Shown here piece after piece: positions 1-9,133 of a stretch of 50,748 nucleotides of DNA; position 1 is the first letter of the stretch, and every line of letters begins with the position of its first letter. The DNA lies in IMG/VR virus record IMGVR_UViG_3300011339_000660, positions 1-50,748 of that record; one strand, given 5' to 3'. The notes under the pieces were generated by a model. It saw only the letters and a list, made by a program, of their open reading frames with translations, was not told the DNA's origin and did not search any database. The translations under genes and the position numbers were made by a program. This stretch comes from a virus (Duplodnaviria; Caudoviricetes).

Positions 1-23
1 TCAGCTGAAAAAATATTTAGGAA

Positions 24-473
24 ATGAGACTAAACAAGGATGGGGCAGACCTTATAAAACACTTTGAGGGTTGCAAGCTTAGGGCATACCAGTGCTCGGC
101 AAAAAAGTGGACAATTGGATTCGGGAACACTTTCTACGAAGACGGCTCTCCTGTACTTCCGGGGCATGCAATTACTCACAAGAAGGCAGACGATCTGTTT
201 GATATAATTGGTGAAGAGTTTGCCGACAAGGTAACAAAGGTTGTAACATCGCTTGTTACACTAAATCAGTTTGGAGCACTTGTGTCGTTTGCATACAACT
301 GTGGCATAGCAAACCTTCAGAAGTCTACACTGTTAAAGAAGGTAAACGCTGATCCTAATGATCCCTCTATAAGGGCAGAGTTTATGAAGTGGAACAAGGC
401 TGCAGGAAAAGTTCTTGCAGGACTTACAAGGAGGAGAGAGGCTGAAGCTAACCTGTACTTTAAGCAGTCATGA
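24..473 (+). CDS. Phage lysozyme / endolysin (GH24)
   Basis: N-terminal LIKHFEG..L.AY...K.WTIGFG segment, ALVSFAYNCG and C-terminal GLTRRREAE motifs typical of GH24 phage lysozymes. Confidence 0.93.
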   Translation: MRLNKDGADLIKHFEGCKLRAYQCSAKKWTIGFGNTFYEDGSPVLPGHAITHKKADDLFDIIGEEFADKVTKVVTSLVTLNQFGALVSFAYNCGIANLQKSTLLKKVNADPNDPSIRAEFMKWNKAAGKVLAGLTRRREAEANLYFKQS

Positions 474-570
474 TTTACCCAAACAACATATCAGAACCAT
501 CTGTTACTTTGCAAACACTGTTAAGCATTTGCAGTTAGTATGCATATATTTGTATAATATATGAATTGAT

Positions 571-765
571 ATGAATATTAACTCAGACGTTACTTTTTTA
601 GGGGTTCCATCAACAATTATAAGCTGGATGGCTTACTTAAACATTGTAGACATAAACCCTTTAATTAACTTTGTGGTTAGTATATTCTCAACAGTTTGGC
701 TGTCTATGCAGATATACGGATGGATTGAGAAAAGGATCAAAGACAAACATAATGGCAGCAAATAA
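571..765 (+). CDS. Putative holin / small membrane protein
   Basis: 64 aa, two hydrophobic stretches and a charged C-terminus, next to the endolysin; TATATTTG box at 545-552. Confidence 0.5.
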   Translation: MNINSDVTFLGVPSTIISWMAYLNIVDINPLINFVVSIFSTVWLSMQIYGWIEKRIKDKHNGSK

Positions 766-1039
766 AAACGCAGGTAAGCACCCTAGTTACGACAAATTGA
801 ATTGGAGCCCATCCTCAATACAAAGGAAGAGAGCTTACGATAAGAAGTATAATGAATCTAAGGAGCAGAAGGATAAAAGGGTTGAACTAAACAGGGCAAA
901 TAGGCAAGCAGGAACATACGGGAAGATGACCAAGATGGGTAAAGACAGAAGCCATACAAAAGATGGCAGAATGGTCTTAGAAGATAAATCTACGAACCGT
1001 GGACGCAATGGGCACAACGGGAAGTCTACCAAAAAATAG
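752..1039 (+). CDS. Small basic protein, degenerate HNH-like
   Basis: ATG at 752 (MAANKNAG) overlaps the previous stop; KDRSH...NRGRN resembles the D.xH...NR.RN core of small phage HNH-like proteins. Confidence 0.5.
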   Translation: MAANKNAGKHPSYDKLNWSPSSIQRKRAYDKKYNESKEQKDKRVELNRANRQAGTYGKMTKMGKDRSHTKDGRMVLEDKSTNRGRNGHNGKSTKK

Positions 1040-1054
1040 TGCTACATTCGTTAC

Positions 1055-1252
1055 ATGATAATGATTGTGCGAATTCCTGAAGATGTAGAAATTCACAATT
1101 TTAATGCAATATTCTTTTGCTCAACAAAAGACCCTCATAGTATAATAGACCTTATAGAAGGCATTGACTTAGCTGATATTATACACGAATACGGAGATAC
1201 GGATATCGATCTTACAGACCCGTTTAAGTTCAAGAAAATCTTCTTTAATTAG
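1055..1252 (+). CDS. Hypothetical protein
   Basis: 65-aa ORF converging on the minus-strand block. Confidence 0.5.
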   Translation: MIMIVRIPEDVEIHNFNAIFFCSTKDPHSIIDLIEGIDLADIIHEYGDTDIDLTDPFKFKKIFFN

Positions 1253-2298
1253 AATATATGAGTTAATCTAGCGACCTGACCATGAATTGGGTGGTGTACA
1301 AAACCTTCAACTGCTTTAGGTGCATGGGCATAGCCATTCCTATGATGCCAAGAATCTGTTCCGGATGGAGACCTAAGAGCCTCAACATTTACACTCATGT
1401 AGTCTTTGCTCTTCTTATGGTGTATGTGGTGTATATAAAAATACCTATGCTTACACTCTCCCCAAGAACTACTCGCTTCATGAGCCATAAGTAGCGGCAA
1501 GTCTGTTTCTTTTGCACCGTCTCCGTGAGTAGTTCCTATAATATTAGCACCATAGACAAAATACTTTCTATGAGCAATGCTAACGCTGAACGTCACTGAA
1601 TCACAGTTTCTAAACCAAGCTTCTATCGTTTGAGCGAGGAAGAAACCGTTTGTATAGTCATGATTAGATGGGTCATACTGAACATGAACAGGAGCAATCT
1701 TCATCAATATTTCTATACAGTCTACAAGTAATCTCTGAGCTGTCTTGAAGTTTTCAAACCACATTGCACTTGTATCTTGATGCGTACCTGCTGTTGTGCT
1801 ATTTCTTGCGTTGTCTACATGAAGTATATCATTGCCTATAATGAACAGTATCTTATCTATATTGAAATTGCATTTAGATATAAGTCCTATCACGCCATCC
1901 TTAACTCTTTTGACAGCTATGTTATGATTGTATTCATCACCTGACTCAATTATACTAGACAGCTTTCCTATATGTATGTCAGCAGGGTCTATAACAAACA
2001 GATGACTATCATCAGTCTTTATATATTCAATAGGTTCATATGATGGAGAATACTGCTTCAGTTCATCAATAAAGTTATCCATCATTTCCTGAATACTAAC
2101 CTTGCTACCCTTTACGTTTATGCTGAACTTCTCGCTCTTGAACCAATAGTAGCTTACATTGTTAACTGGTATCCCCTTGTCTTCACATTCCTCGGTAAGG
2201 GCAGTATGCTGGTCTTTACTATTCCTATATTCGTTTATTAATTCTGCCTCATCTTGTTTGAGGCGCATGCGAATAGTACTTCTAGGTGTCGAAGACAT
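1249..2298 (-). CDS. Calcineurin-like metallophosphoesterase
   Basis: DIHIG, GNDILH, SNHD, THGD, HHIHH motifs in the expected order. Confidence 0.85.
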   Translation of the reverse strand: MSSTPRSTIRMRLKQDEAELINEYRNSKDQHTALTEECEDKGIPVNNVSYYWFKSEKFSINVKGSKVSIQEMMDNFIDELKQYSPSYEPIEYIKTDDSHLFVIDPADIHIGKLSSIIESGDEYNHNIAVKRVKDGVIGLISKCNFNIDKILFIIGNDILHVDNARNSTTAGTHQDTSAMWFENFKTAQRLLVDCIEILMKIAPVHVQYDPSNHDYTNGFFLAQTIEAWFRNCDSVTFSVSIAHRKYFVYGANIIGTTHGDGAKETDLPLLMAHEASSSWGECKHRYFYIHHIHHKKSKDYMSVNVEALRSPSGTDSWHHRNGYAHAPKAVEGFVHHPIHGQVARLTHIF

Positions 2299-2321
2299 AA
2301 GTATTGTTTAATCTTGCTAAG

Positions 2322-2690
2322 TTACAACCTCTTAATTGTTTCAACAACTTCTACACATTCTTTTTGGTTCTTGGGGAAAAATAGTTTAGGCTCCTTTGCC
2401 CAATCTGTTTTCATAATGAATCGGAATATTTTCCACTTTAGTATGTTGTCATTCCTTTGGAATCCTTTGGTATCAACTATTACATTGAGACCATGAGCTG
2501 TGAAGTCAAAGTCAACAGTAAGCGTCATTGCGCGTACAGTCTTTCCGTCATACTTAAAGGATGGGAAAAGTTGATATGGTACTTGGAACTCAAATTCTAT
2601 ACCTTCTTTATTTAAAAGATTGTAGAAGAACAGTTCTAGCTTTGAATCAAACTTCAACCCATCCTTATAGTGTTTCTTTATCTGTCTCAA
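2322..2690 (-). CDS. DUF1064-like PD-(D/E)xK endonuclease
   Basis: FDSKLE...FQVPYQL...VDF...VDTKG pattern. Confidence 0.8.
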   Translation of the reverse strand: MRQIKKHYKDGLKFDSKLELFFYNLLNKEGIEFEFQVPYQLFPSFKYDGKTVRAMTLTVDFDFTAHGLNVIVDTKGFQRNDNILKWKIFRFIMKTDWAKEPKLFFPKNQKECVEVVETIKRL

Positions 2691-3085
2691 ATCATATTCA
2701 TTTCCTGCTTGGCAAAAGAAAGCGATGACCTAAGTAGTTCCATCTTGTAGTGACTTTCTTTGATTACCATTTCGCAGATATTGTTATAGAATGAGCAATC
2801 GCCAATCTCGTATGCGATAACTATTTTCTTTTCTGCAGCACCCATGTCATCGTTGTTTAGGTTCATCATCTTTTGGAAAGATAACTTCTCTGTAAGGAAC
2901 TGGAACTGCGCCTTGCACGTAACTCCTATTACCATTACAGCTGTCAACTCAGACATATGAGCTACGATACTTGGGGCATCGGAGCAGTCTACCTTTTGAT
3001 TAACAACCTTTCGGAATGTTTCATACTGTTCTACTGTTCTTTCAAATGCTGACTGTAAACTTGCGTCATTGAATACTTGCTTCAT
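2687..3085 (-). CDS. Hypothetical helical protein
   Basis: 132-aa ORF tightly packed in the replication operon. Confidence 0.7.
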   Translation of the reverse strand: MKQVFNDASLQSAFERTVEQYETFRKVVNQKVDCSDAPSIVAHMSELTAVMVIGVTCKAQFQFLTEKLSFQKMMNLNNDDMGAAEKKIVIAYEIGDCSFYNNICEMVIKESHYKMELLRSSLSFAKQEMNMI

Positions 3086-3092
3086 GTTATTA

Positions 3093-3320
3093 TTATTTTG
3101 CGTACCTGATTGCTAATTCTTTTTCATAGTTAGGACTGTATACCCTTCCACGCTTCTCTGCTGCTGCCTTTATTACATTAAAGTTTAGACCTAGCTTCTG
3201 CTGTGCGAGTTTTATACTTGGATAAATGATAGCTTTATCCTTCCTCTCTTGCATATCTTCTATTGAAACATCATATGCTACAATGCTAACCCTTGACTCA
3301 GTAATAAACTCGTACCCCAT
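3093..3320 (-). CDS. Hypothetical protein, NUMOD1-like HTH segment
   Basis: IYPSIKLAQQKLGL resembles the NUMOD1 (F/Y.S..EA...LG) motif. Confidence 0.45.
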   Translation of the reverse strand: MGYEFITESRVSIVAYDVSIEDMQERKDKAIIYPSIKLAQQKLGLNFNVIKAAAEKRGRVYSPNYEKELAIRYAK

Positions 3321-3321
3321 A

Positions 3322-5136
3322 TTATAGTATCTTGTATTTAGTTAATAACTGTTCTCTGTTGAATGGTAGATTATCATAGTCATCTACGAATTCAATTCCA
3401 TTTACCATCTTTAACTTAACGCTACTCCCGTATGGAGTTGGCTTGCCACCTGTCTCTCTATTCCTAACCTTATCAATAGATACTTCGGTGTACATCCACT
3501 CGTTAGGGTCCTTAATCTTTCTATGCAGAGTAAGGAAGTTGTCTGACTTGTTGTACAGCGCTGCTCCACCTTCTGTATCAGATGCGTGTGGCATCTTCTG
3601 ACTACCGCTACTATCTCTATCTCTTTGAGAAGCTGTAGTGGTGTGAACGGATAAGAATAGTGTTGTGTTATACCTCTTGGTATAATTGAGCATGTCACCA
3701 TAAGCCTCGTAGTCGTAGTTGTACTTATTCTTTGAAGCAGTCAACTCAAGCTTTAGAGAGTTGTATGGGTCAATGAATAATCCCTTCAGAGACTTGTATC
3801 CCATCATCACCTTTGAATGATCCATAATATCCTTGTAAGTATATAGATTATCCGTTGACAGCATGAAGAAATGCTCATCTACAAATTTAAGGGATATAGC
3901 ATGCTCTCTGTCATCCATGTGTATTATTTTTTTACCAACAAAGAACTCCATTATCTTCATCTTTACAGATGCTGCTCTGTTCTCTCCGGTATACACCATC
4001 CAGTTCCAATCATACTTTATAGCAGACAGGAACAATAGCCAAAGGTTTATAGTTGTCTTTCCGATATGACTGTGTGCGAGAGAAGCATAGAATTCGCCCT
4101 CCTTCAGAAGGAAGTGTTGGTCTAGGTCATGGTAGCCAAGAGGTAGTCCCATAGGGATAAGTCCTTTTCTAAACTTGTATATGAAGTCATCATCAATAGA
4201 GTTTGATGTAAGGAATGACAACTCTTCTTCTATAGCACCAAGCTCTCTAACAACTTCCTTGAACTCTTCCTCTACTTGTGATATAGGTCTTGCCATACCA
4301 TGACGAAGACCATCTTCAATAGTCTTGTCAGCTAGCTTAGGGTCATCTATGTGACGCTTCCGAATCTCATGTGATAGGATATTGAATGCAATATCATACT
4401 CAATGTTCTTGGTTGCTACATATCCACCTAACAGATTGGCTGCACGAAGGAGTACGTGATGTTTCTCTCCATCAGCGGCTGACCTAATCATCCTTGATGC
4501 TATGTCTATCTTCTTGTAGTCAGTATGTCCATCACCAAGCATTAGTCTTGCAGGCTGCTTGTCTTCTTCAACGTCTATATCGTAAAACACAGATGAAGAT
4601 GTATTGACATAAATGTTTGGGTCATAAGATACATAAAGAACCCTTGATACATTCTGAGCTGTAGTGTCAAGTCCTTTAATCCTTTTTATCAATGCTCTGT
4701 AATGCTCCGTATGCTTATTACCATCTCCTATCTTTACTAATCCGTGTAGGCCATTTCCTGATGCTGATTTCCATAATGCATATATGATGTCATCATTAAT
4801 CAACTCATTAATCGTGGCATCTAGGTCAGCTACATTATCTATGTCTATAGGAACAAATCCGCTGTGCTTTGTGATACTCTTGTCATCTCTGTATGACTGA
4901 TATTCTTTACCTGATGAGTTCACTTTAGTTATGGGCTTATTGAATTCACCCGTGAATAGAACGCATGGTAGGTTAGCCTTCATTGAACGCTTATCCTCTT
5001 CGTTGGTGCACGACCGGATAGCCTCAACCTTTTCCTTATACCTCCCAATGCGAATAGCATCAATAACAGATTCAAGCCTTACTATGCTTGGCTTTTGTAT
5101 TGATACTATATTTTGAAATATAGTAACTGTATGCAT
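3322..5136 (-). CDS. Primase-helicase (BT4734/VirE-N-like primase domain + SF4 helicase)
   Basis: N-terminal K..LP.V.F.G.F, IDID, S.SGNGL, D....NVSR..YVSYDP; C-terminal Walker A HSHIGKTT, Walker B FIDPYN, IDKVRN. Confidence 0.9.
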   Translation of the reverse strand: MHTVTIFQNIVSIQKPSIVRLESVIDAIRIGRYKEKVEAIRSCTNEEDKRSMKANLPCVLFTGEFNKPITKVNSSGKEYQSYRDDKSITKHSGFVPIDIDNVADLDATINELINDDIIYALWKSASGNGLHGLVKIGDGNKHTEHYRALIKRIKGLDTTAQNVSRVLYVSYDPNIYVNTSSSVFYDIDVEEDKQPARLMLGDGHTDYKKIDIASRMIRSAADGEKHHVLLRAANLLGGYVATKNIEYDIAFNILSHEIRKRHIDDPKLADKTIEDGLRHGMARPISQVEEEFKEVVRELGAIEEELSFLTSNSIDDDFIYKFRKGLIPMGLPLGYHDLDQHFLLKEGEFYASLAHSHIGKTTINLWLLFLSAIKYDWNWMVYTGENRAASVKMKIMEFFVGKKIIHMDDREHAISLKFVDEHFFMLSTDNLYTYKDIMDHSKVMMGYKSLKGLFIDPYNSLKLELTASKNKYNYDYEAYGDMLNYTKRYNTTLFLSVHTTTASQRDRDSSGSQKMPHASDTEGGAALYNKSDNFLTLHRKIKDPNEWMYTEVSIDKVRNRETGGKPTPYGSSVKLKMVNGIEFVDDYDNLPFNREQLLTKYKIL

Positions 5137-5147
5137 GTTATGAGGTT

Positions 5148-5179
5148 AAAATTGCCCCGAACATTTTACTGAACGGGGC
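5148..5179 (-). terminator. Hairpin, probable intrinsic terminator
   Basis: GCCCCG...CGGGGC stem followed by AATTTT on minus strand, after the SSB-like gene. Confidence 0.5.
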
Positions 5180-5205
5180 GTGTGTGAGTGCGTCTTGCGT
5201 CTATA

Positions 5206-5481
5206 CTAAAATGGTAGATCGTCATCAACTCTAGCAGCTTGCTGTGGAGCAGGAGCTGACGTTTTCTTAGAAGCATCTGGCTTCCAAGTATCCAATGAGA
5301 TATATACGTTGTTACCGTACTTATCAGGAGCCTTTCGGTCTTTTACATTAATGTTGCAGTATCCTGCCTCATTCTTGTGCTTCTTTAATTCTTCAATGAA
5401 CTTCTCAACATTGATTGAGATTCTTGTTCCGTACATGGTCTTCTTTCCGTTTACTCCGTTGAAGTAGATTGTCTCTGACAT
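5206..5481 (-). CDS. Putative single-stranded DNA-binding protein
   Basis: Acidic C-terminal DDDLPF tail after a flexible linker; located between helicase and recombination genes; start moved to MSETIYF. Confidence 0.65.
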   Translation of the reverse strand: MSETIYFNGVNGKKTMYGTRISINVEKFIEELKKHKNEAGYCNINVKDRKAPDKYGNNVYISLDTWKPDASKKTSAPAPQQAARVDDDLPF

Positions 5482-5540
5482 TTTGTGTAGTTTAAATTGT
5501 GTAAGTTTCCCCAAGGCCGACATAGCCCTGGGGTTGTTTA

Positions 5541-5795
5541 TTATGGTTTGTTGACTAGCTTTTTTGGAGTAACTAACAGGTCTACATCGTAGCCGTGTTG
5601 TTCTAGGACATCAATAATTGCAGACATAGATACGGTGCGTGGCTTACCATTCTTTCCCTTGTATTTACCGAGGTAGTTTACGAAGAACCAATAATTGCTT
5701 TGGCTATGGCTTTCATGTATGTTGTCTAGTACGACAGCTACTTGAGGAAACTTCGTGTGCAGTTTCTCTCTGTTAATGTATTTCGTGTTACTCAT
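5541..5795 (-). CDS. Hypothetical protein
   Basis: 84-aa ORF in operon. Confidence 0.65.
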   Translation of the reverse strand: MSNTKYINREKLHTKFPQVAVVLDNIHESHSQSNYWFFVNYLGKYKGKNGKPRTVSMSAIIDVLEQHGYDVDLLVTPKKLVNKP

Positions 5796-6139
5796 AATAC
5801 TCTTTCTATGGTATCTAGTTTACCGTCAGTAAACTTAGCTTTGAATATATAAAATATCTCGTATGGTTTGCCGTAGAACTTAATAATTCCAGTGTACGTA
5901 CTGTCTACTACACCTTTCATTACCTTAATCATCTTGAACCTAAAGAAAGAATTAGGCTCTTCACTCAACTCGTAATCATAATCTGTGTATGATAGGTTTC
6001 CTTTAGAGTCAATTACATAGTCAAGAAACTCTCTGTCTAAGTCCTTAGTTTGAAACTCTAAACCAGACAGATCCTGTTTCTGCAATCCGTTAACCGGAAG
6101 CAATGAATCGTGAATCTTTATGTAATCGTATCTACTCAT
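5792..6139 (-). CDS. Hypothetical protein
   Basis: 115 aa, FQTKDL...F.AKFTDGKL; ATGA-type overlap with next gene. Confidence 0.7.
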   Translation of the reverse strand: MSRYDYIKIHDSLLPVNGLQKQDLSGLEFQTKDLDREFLDYVIDSKGNLSYTDYDYELSEEPNSFFRFKMIKVMKGVVDSTYTGIIKFYGKPYEIFYIFKAKFTDGKLDTIERVL

Positions 6140-6141
6140 TT

Positions 6142-6177
6142 AAAAAAGTGGGAGCAGAAAACATCTAAACTGCTCCC
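6142..6177 (-). terminator. Intrinsic terminator
   Basis: GGGAGCAG/CTGCTCCC stem followed by ACTTTTTT on minus strand. Confidence 0.65.
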
Positions 6178-6238
6178 TATATACACCACACGGTTATGTC
6201 TACATTGCGAAGATACAAGATATTTTACAATTAAAAAA

Positions 6239-7003
6239 CTATTTTACCCAAGAAGGTAGTCCTACTACAAACTCTTCTGATTCCATAAATCCGTATCCTG
6301 CATTGAAGGCATCAAGGTCCATACATGTATTGAACTTATCTACCAAGTCCATCAATTCCTGCTGTCCTTTTTCAATGTACTCATCTGCAACATCAACAAG
6401 CATGCTGTTGTAAGGAGCATTGGTTTCAACGATTAGATACTTGACAGGTAGTTTATGAACAAGATTATATAATCCTGCCTGTATATGATATTTCCTATTA
6501 TAGAATTCACGAGTAACATTTGATGGCGATGCATCGGACATAGTTTTGATTTCAAGAATATAGTTGCCTGAATTAACACCGTCTACAAATCCTCTGAATG
6601 GAAGACCTAATATATCATGCTTGAACTCTTGCTCAAATGATGTGCATTCTTTCACGGTGTTGCTTATCTTCCAATTGGATAATACACTATTTGTTATCTG
6701 CTCTGCTTCTTCAAGCTCATCTTGAGTAACAACAATCTTGCCATTAGACCTTGAGATGAACTCTTCCCAAGTAGCCTTGCCATCCTTTGTCCTTCTGTCA
6801 ACATTTGGTGCAATGATGAACTGATCGTTGAACTTTGAAGGGTACATGATTAAACAATGTATCAAAGAGCCGAGGTTCATTGCCTTGCTTGGTTCTCTTT
6901 TAGCTAACACATAGTGTACGTAGTGTCTAGGAGACTTGGCAAACTCCTTTATGGATGAGTACGACAATGGCCTATTCTGTATAAATTCTAAATCTATTCT
7001 CAT
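6239..7003 (-). CDS. RecE/ExoVIII-like PD-(D/E)xK exonuclease (DUF3799-like)
   Basis: LSYSSIK..AKSP.HY, GSLIH, DRRTKDGK, GFVD..LEIKT, YHIQAGLY. Confidence 0.88.
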   Translation of the reverse strand: MRIDLEFIQNRPLSYSSIKEFAKSPRHYVHYVLAKREPSKAMNLGSLIHCLIMYPSKFNDQFIIAPNVDRRTKDGKATWEEFISRSNGKIVVTQDELEEAEQITNSVLSNWKISNTVKECTSFEQEFKHDILGLPFRGFVDGVNSGNYILEIKTMSDASPSNVTREFYNRKYHIQAGLYNLVHKLPVKYLIVETNAPYNSMLVDVADEYIEKGQQELMDLVDKFNTCMDLDAFNAGYGFMESEEFVVGLPSWVK

Positions 7004-7578
7004 TGCAATTGTTTTATTTTGTTAGATACTGCTGTTCTGAATACAGGGTTAAGTTTAATGCTGTCATCAAGACCCTTTGCATAGTTGGTCAATGATTCCT
7101 TATCGGTAAACTTATCTATGTTATCAATAAATACTGCTACTTGAGTATTCTCATACATCTGTAGTGCGCTGTCATGCTGACCTTTGAATACATCAATACC
7201 AATTCCTATGTATGAACATATCTTGGTAATGGCATCTGTTGTAGCGCCCTTACAAGCGTCACCTGGGTCATCGTTAACAGATGATGCAATGCTCTCGTAG
7301 TATATGTCATACTCAGGTACTTCAAACTCTGTTTTGAGTATTGCTGTATACTCTGTCCTTTCTTTGCCGGAGCTTGTTGTCTTTGTCTTTTCCATAATTG
7401 GAGCTACTAAGTCCGTTTTAATTTTCCAAGAGCCTACACCGAATACGTCATTAAGTCTTTCTGTTACATAGATAGCTTTAATGGTTGATAGGTTGCCTCT
7501 TGTTGGGTGCTGTGCTACTGCCTCTTTCGGTAGTGGCTTCTTGATTAATGATAATTGATGTTCCGATAGCTTCTGCAT
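7000..7578 (-). CDS. Rad52/Sak-like single-strand annealing protein
   Basis: I.A.YVTERLNDVFG..SW, KGATTDA.....YIGIG..V; paired with the exonuclease; start moved to MQKLSEH. Confidence 0.85.
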   Translation of the reverse strand: MQKLSEHQLSLIKKPLPKEAVAQHPTRGNLSTIKAIYVTERLNDVFGVGSWKIKTDLVAPIMEKTKTTSSGKERTEYTAILKTEFEVPEYDIYYESIASSVNDDPGDACKGATTDAITKICSYIGIGIDVFKGQHDSALQMYENTQVAVFIDNIDKFTDKESLTNYAKGLDDSIKLNPVFRTAVSNKIKQLQ

Positions 7579-7681
7579 GTCGTTTGTATTTAAGATAAAA
7601 AAATAGTTGACCAAAGAATAATACGTTTATTACTATAGCAAAGAGTATAACCTTTACTATATCCCTTAACTTTATTATCAT
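7478..7681 (-). CDS. Small membrane protein
   Basis: N-terminal hydrophobic helix; ATGA overlap with upstream gene; 3' part overlaps the annealase gene. Confidence 0.45.
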   Translation of the reverse strand: MIIKLRDIVKVILFAIVINVLFFGQLFFYLKYKRHAEAIGTSIIINQEATTERGSSTAPNKRQPINH

Positions 7682-7941
7682 GGCATATTGTTTGAGATTT
7701 TAGCATACTCATTTAGCATGCGCTCAAGGTCATTGATGTGAATGTCTGTAAGCAGACAGTCTCCATCTTTGAATGTGATGTGCGTACATACACCATCGTT
7801 TTCATCTGATGGTCTGTACCTGGAGATACAGAATGGGTTGACCATAGTGTATGTTGGCTTACACAACTCTTCTCCGGTAATTTCTTTCAAGTCAGTGTCG
7901 TAAACTCTGATAGGCAATTTGATAAATCTTCTTGTGAACAT
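7678..7941 (-). CDS. Hypothetical protein
   Basis: Start moved to MFTRRF, directly after the previous stop. Confidence 0.65.
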   Translation of the reverse strand: MFTRRFIKLPIRVYDTDLKEITGEELCKPTYTMVNPFCISRYRPSDENDGVCTHITFKDGDCLLTDIHINDLERMLNEYAKISNNMP

Positions 7942-7942
7942 G

Positions 7943-8275
7943 TTATTGGGGTTTTGTGTGTGAAATTTCATCCATTCTTGAGTTGACATAATCAACTATT
8001 ACTTTCTCTAGATCATCTTGCATATTCCTAGGTATCATTGATACTACTCTTAGTATCTCATCGTATCTAAGCGTATCAACTGACCTAAGTTCTGATCCAC
8101 TGGTCTTTATTTCTATGGCTTGCTTTAGCCACCTAAGTCTATCTCTTATTGTCCTTACTGCGCTCTTTGCATTAGGTGAGAATGTGTCATCAATACACAA
8201 GTCTTCTGCATATATCAATGCGTTTGCAATGTTAACGTATATAAGGTGTAGAGATTGCTGTTGGCCTATTGTCAT
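7943..8275 (-). CDS. Hypothetical protein
   Basis: 110-aa ORF with ATGA overlap. Confidence 0.7.
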   Translation of the reverse strand: MTIGQQQSLHLIYVNIANALIYAEDLCIDDTFSPNAKSAVRTIRDRLRWLKQAIEIKTSGSELRSVDTLRYDEILRVVSMIPRNMQDDLEKVIVDYVNSRMDEISHTKPQ

Positions 8276-8577
8276 TGCTCTAGTAGTTTTAGTAGTTCTT
8301 TTTCAGCTGCTATGTACTTAAACCTAAATGCATCATCATACTTTAGCATAAAGTCTGCATCGTTAATGTGATACAGAGTACCACTATGCTCGTTGCATCC
8401 TATGTATTCTGCTACATCCATTATTGTATGGCAAAGATGCTTCTTGAGTATCGAGACAAATGCTTTCTTGGCATACATCTCTTTTCTTTTTCGCTCTCTA
8501 CCTCTATGGTAGAAGTCTTGAGGCACTTCAAATGCTTCTGCTACGAATCCCTTCAGTTTTGATTTGTAATCTTCCAT
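8272..8577 (-). CDS. DnaA domain IV-like HTH protein
   Basis: R.RKEMYAK....TIMDVAEYIG..EHSGTLYHI resembles the DnaA C-terminal IG..RDHTTV.H signature. Confidence 0.55.
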   Translation of the reverse strand: MEDYKSKLKGFVAEAFEVPQDFYHRGRERKRKEMYAKKAFVSILKKHLCHTIMDVAEYIGCNEHSGTLYHINDADFMLKYDDAFRFKYIAAEKELLKLLEQ

Positions 8578-8593
8578 GTGCTTTTTTTTGTGT

Positions 8594-8686
8594 TTAATAA
8601 TAATCTTCATCATTGTCATAAGGTGGGCCGTAATACAAGTCGTAAATCATCCACGCAAATAATCCTAATACTAGAATAAAAAACAT
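8594..8686 (-). CDS. 30-aa membrane peptide (MFFILVLGLFAWMIYDLYYGPPYDNDEDYY)
   Basis: Below track cutoff; preceded by AAACCAAACACAC-ATG like other starts in this phage. Confidence 0.5.
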   Translation of the reverse strand: MFFILVLGLFAWMIYDLYYGPPYDNDEDYY

Positions 8687-8712
8687 GTGTGTTTGGTTTG
8701 GTTAAAAAATAG

Positions 8713-8806
8713 CAGCAGGAGATGGACTCGAACCACCAATACCTCAATTATTTTTTGAGATGCGTTACCACGACCGGGGACACCCCAATCCTTTCGCCAT
8801 CCTGCA
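8713..8806 (-). ncRNA. tRNA-like element B (D-loop insertion, non-canonical anticodon loop)
   Basis: Acceptor GCAGGA/TCCTGC, TG-GCG-AAA...GGTAA-CGC D-arm, T-arm GGTGG-TTCGAGT-CCATC; anticodon-position loop AAAATAA lacks U33; no CCA. Confidence 0.65.
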
Positions 8807-8810
8807 ATTT

Positions 8811-8909
8811 GCCCTTTCTCCAGTGGGGCTACACCGCTGACTAACGATTCAGATGGAAAGTGTGCTGCCGAACAGTAGGCTCGCATCCATGAGTTTTCGT
8901 TCCACTGGC
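8811..8909 (-). ncRNA. Structured RNA ending in an H-type pseudoknot
   Basis: AACGA/TCGTT and ATGGA/TCCAT nested stems; CGGTG/CACTG + GCCC/GGGC pseudoknot; alternative CCAGTGG/CCACTGG stem. Confidence 0.45.
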
Positions 8910-9113
8910 CTAGTGGATAATTTCTAATTCATTCTCAATTCCATATGTAGCAAACAAGCTAGAAAGCATTTCAGCAACCTTAATCAAGTCCTCTCCCTTC
9001 TTAAGGGTAATCTTAGCTGATTTGTCATGCCAGATAAATTGAATGTGCCAAGGCTGTGGCACGAATTCTGTCTTTGCTGTTAACTCTTCGTTCATGGTTA
9101 ATTCTTCGTTCAT
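8910..9113 (-). CDS. Hypothetical protein
   Basis: 67 aa, duplicated MNEELT start; lies between two tRNA-like elements. Confidence 0.6.
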   Translation of the reverse strand: MNEELTMNEELTAKTEFVPQPWHIQFIWHDKSAKITLKKGEDLIKVAEMLSSLFATYGIENELEIIH

Positions 9114-9133
9114 GTTTTTTCTTTTAAAGTGAG

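Noticed and set aside
8671-8886. 71-aa minus-strand ORF
   Set aside because: Overlaps the tRNA-like element and pseudoknot; lacks the phage's typical start context
9078-9113. MNEELT-MNEELT duplication at an ORF start
   Set aside because: Simple 18-nt tandem duplication with no further structure
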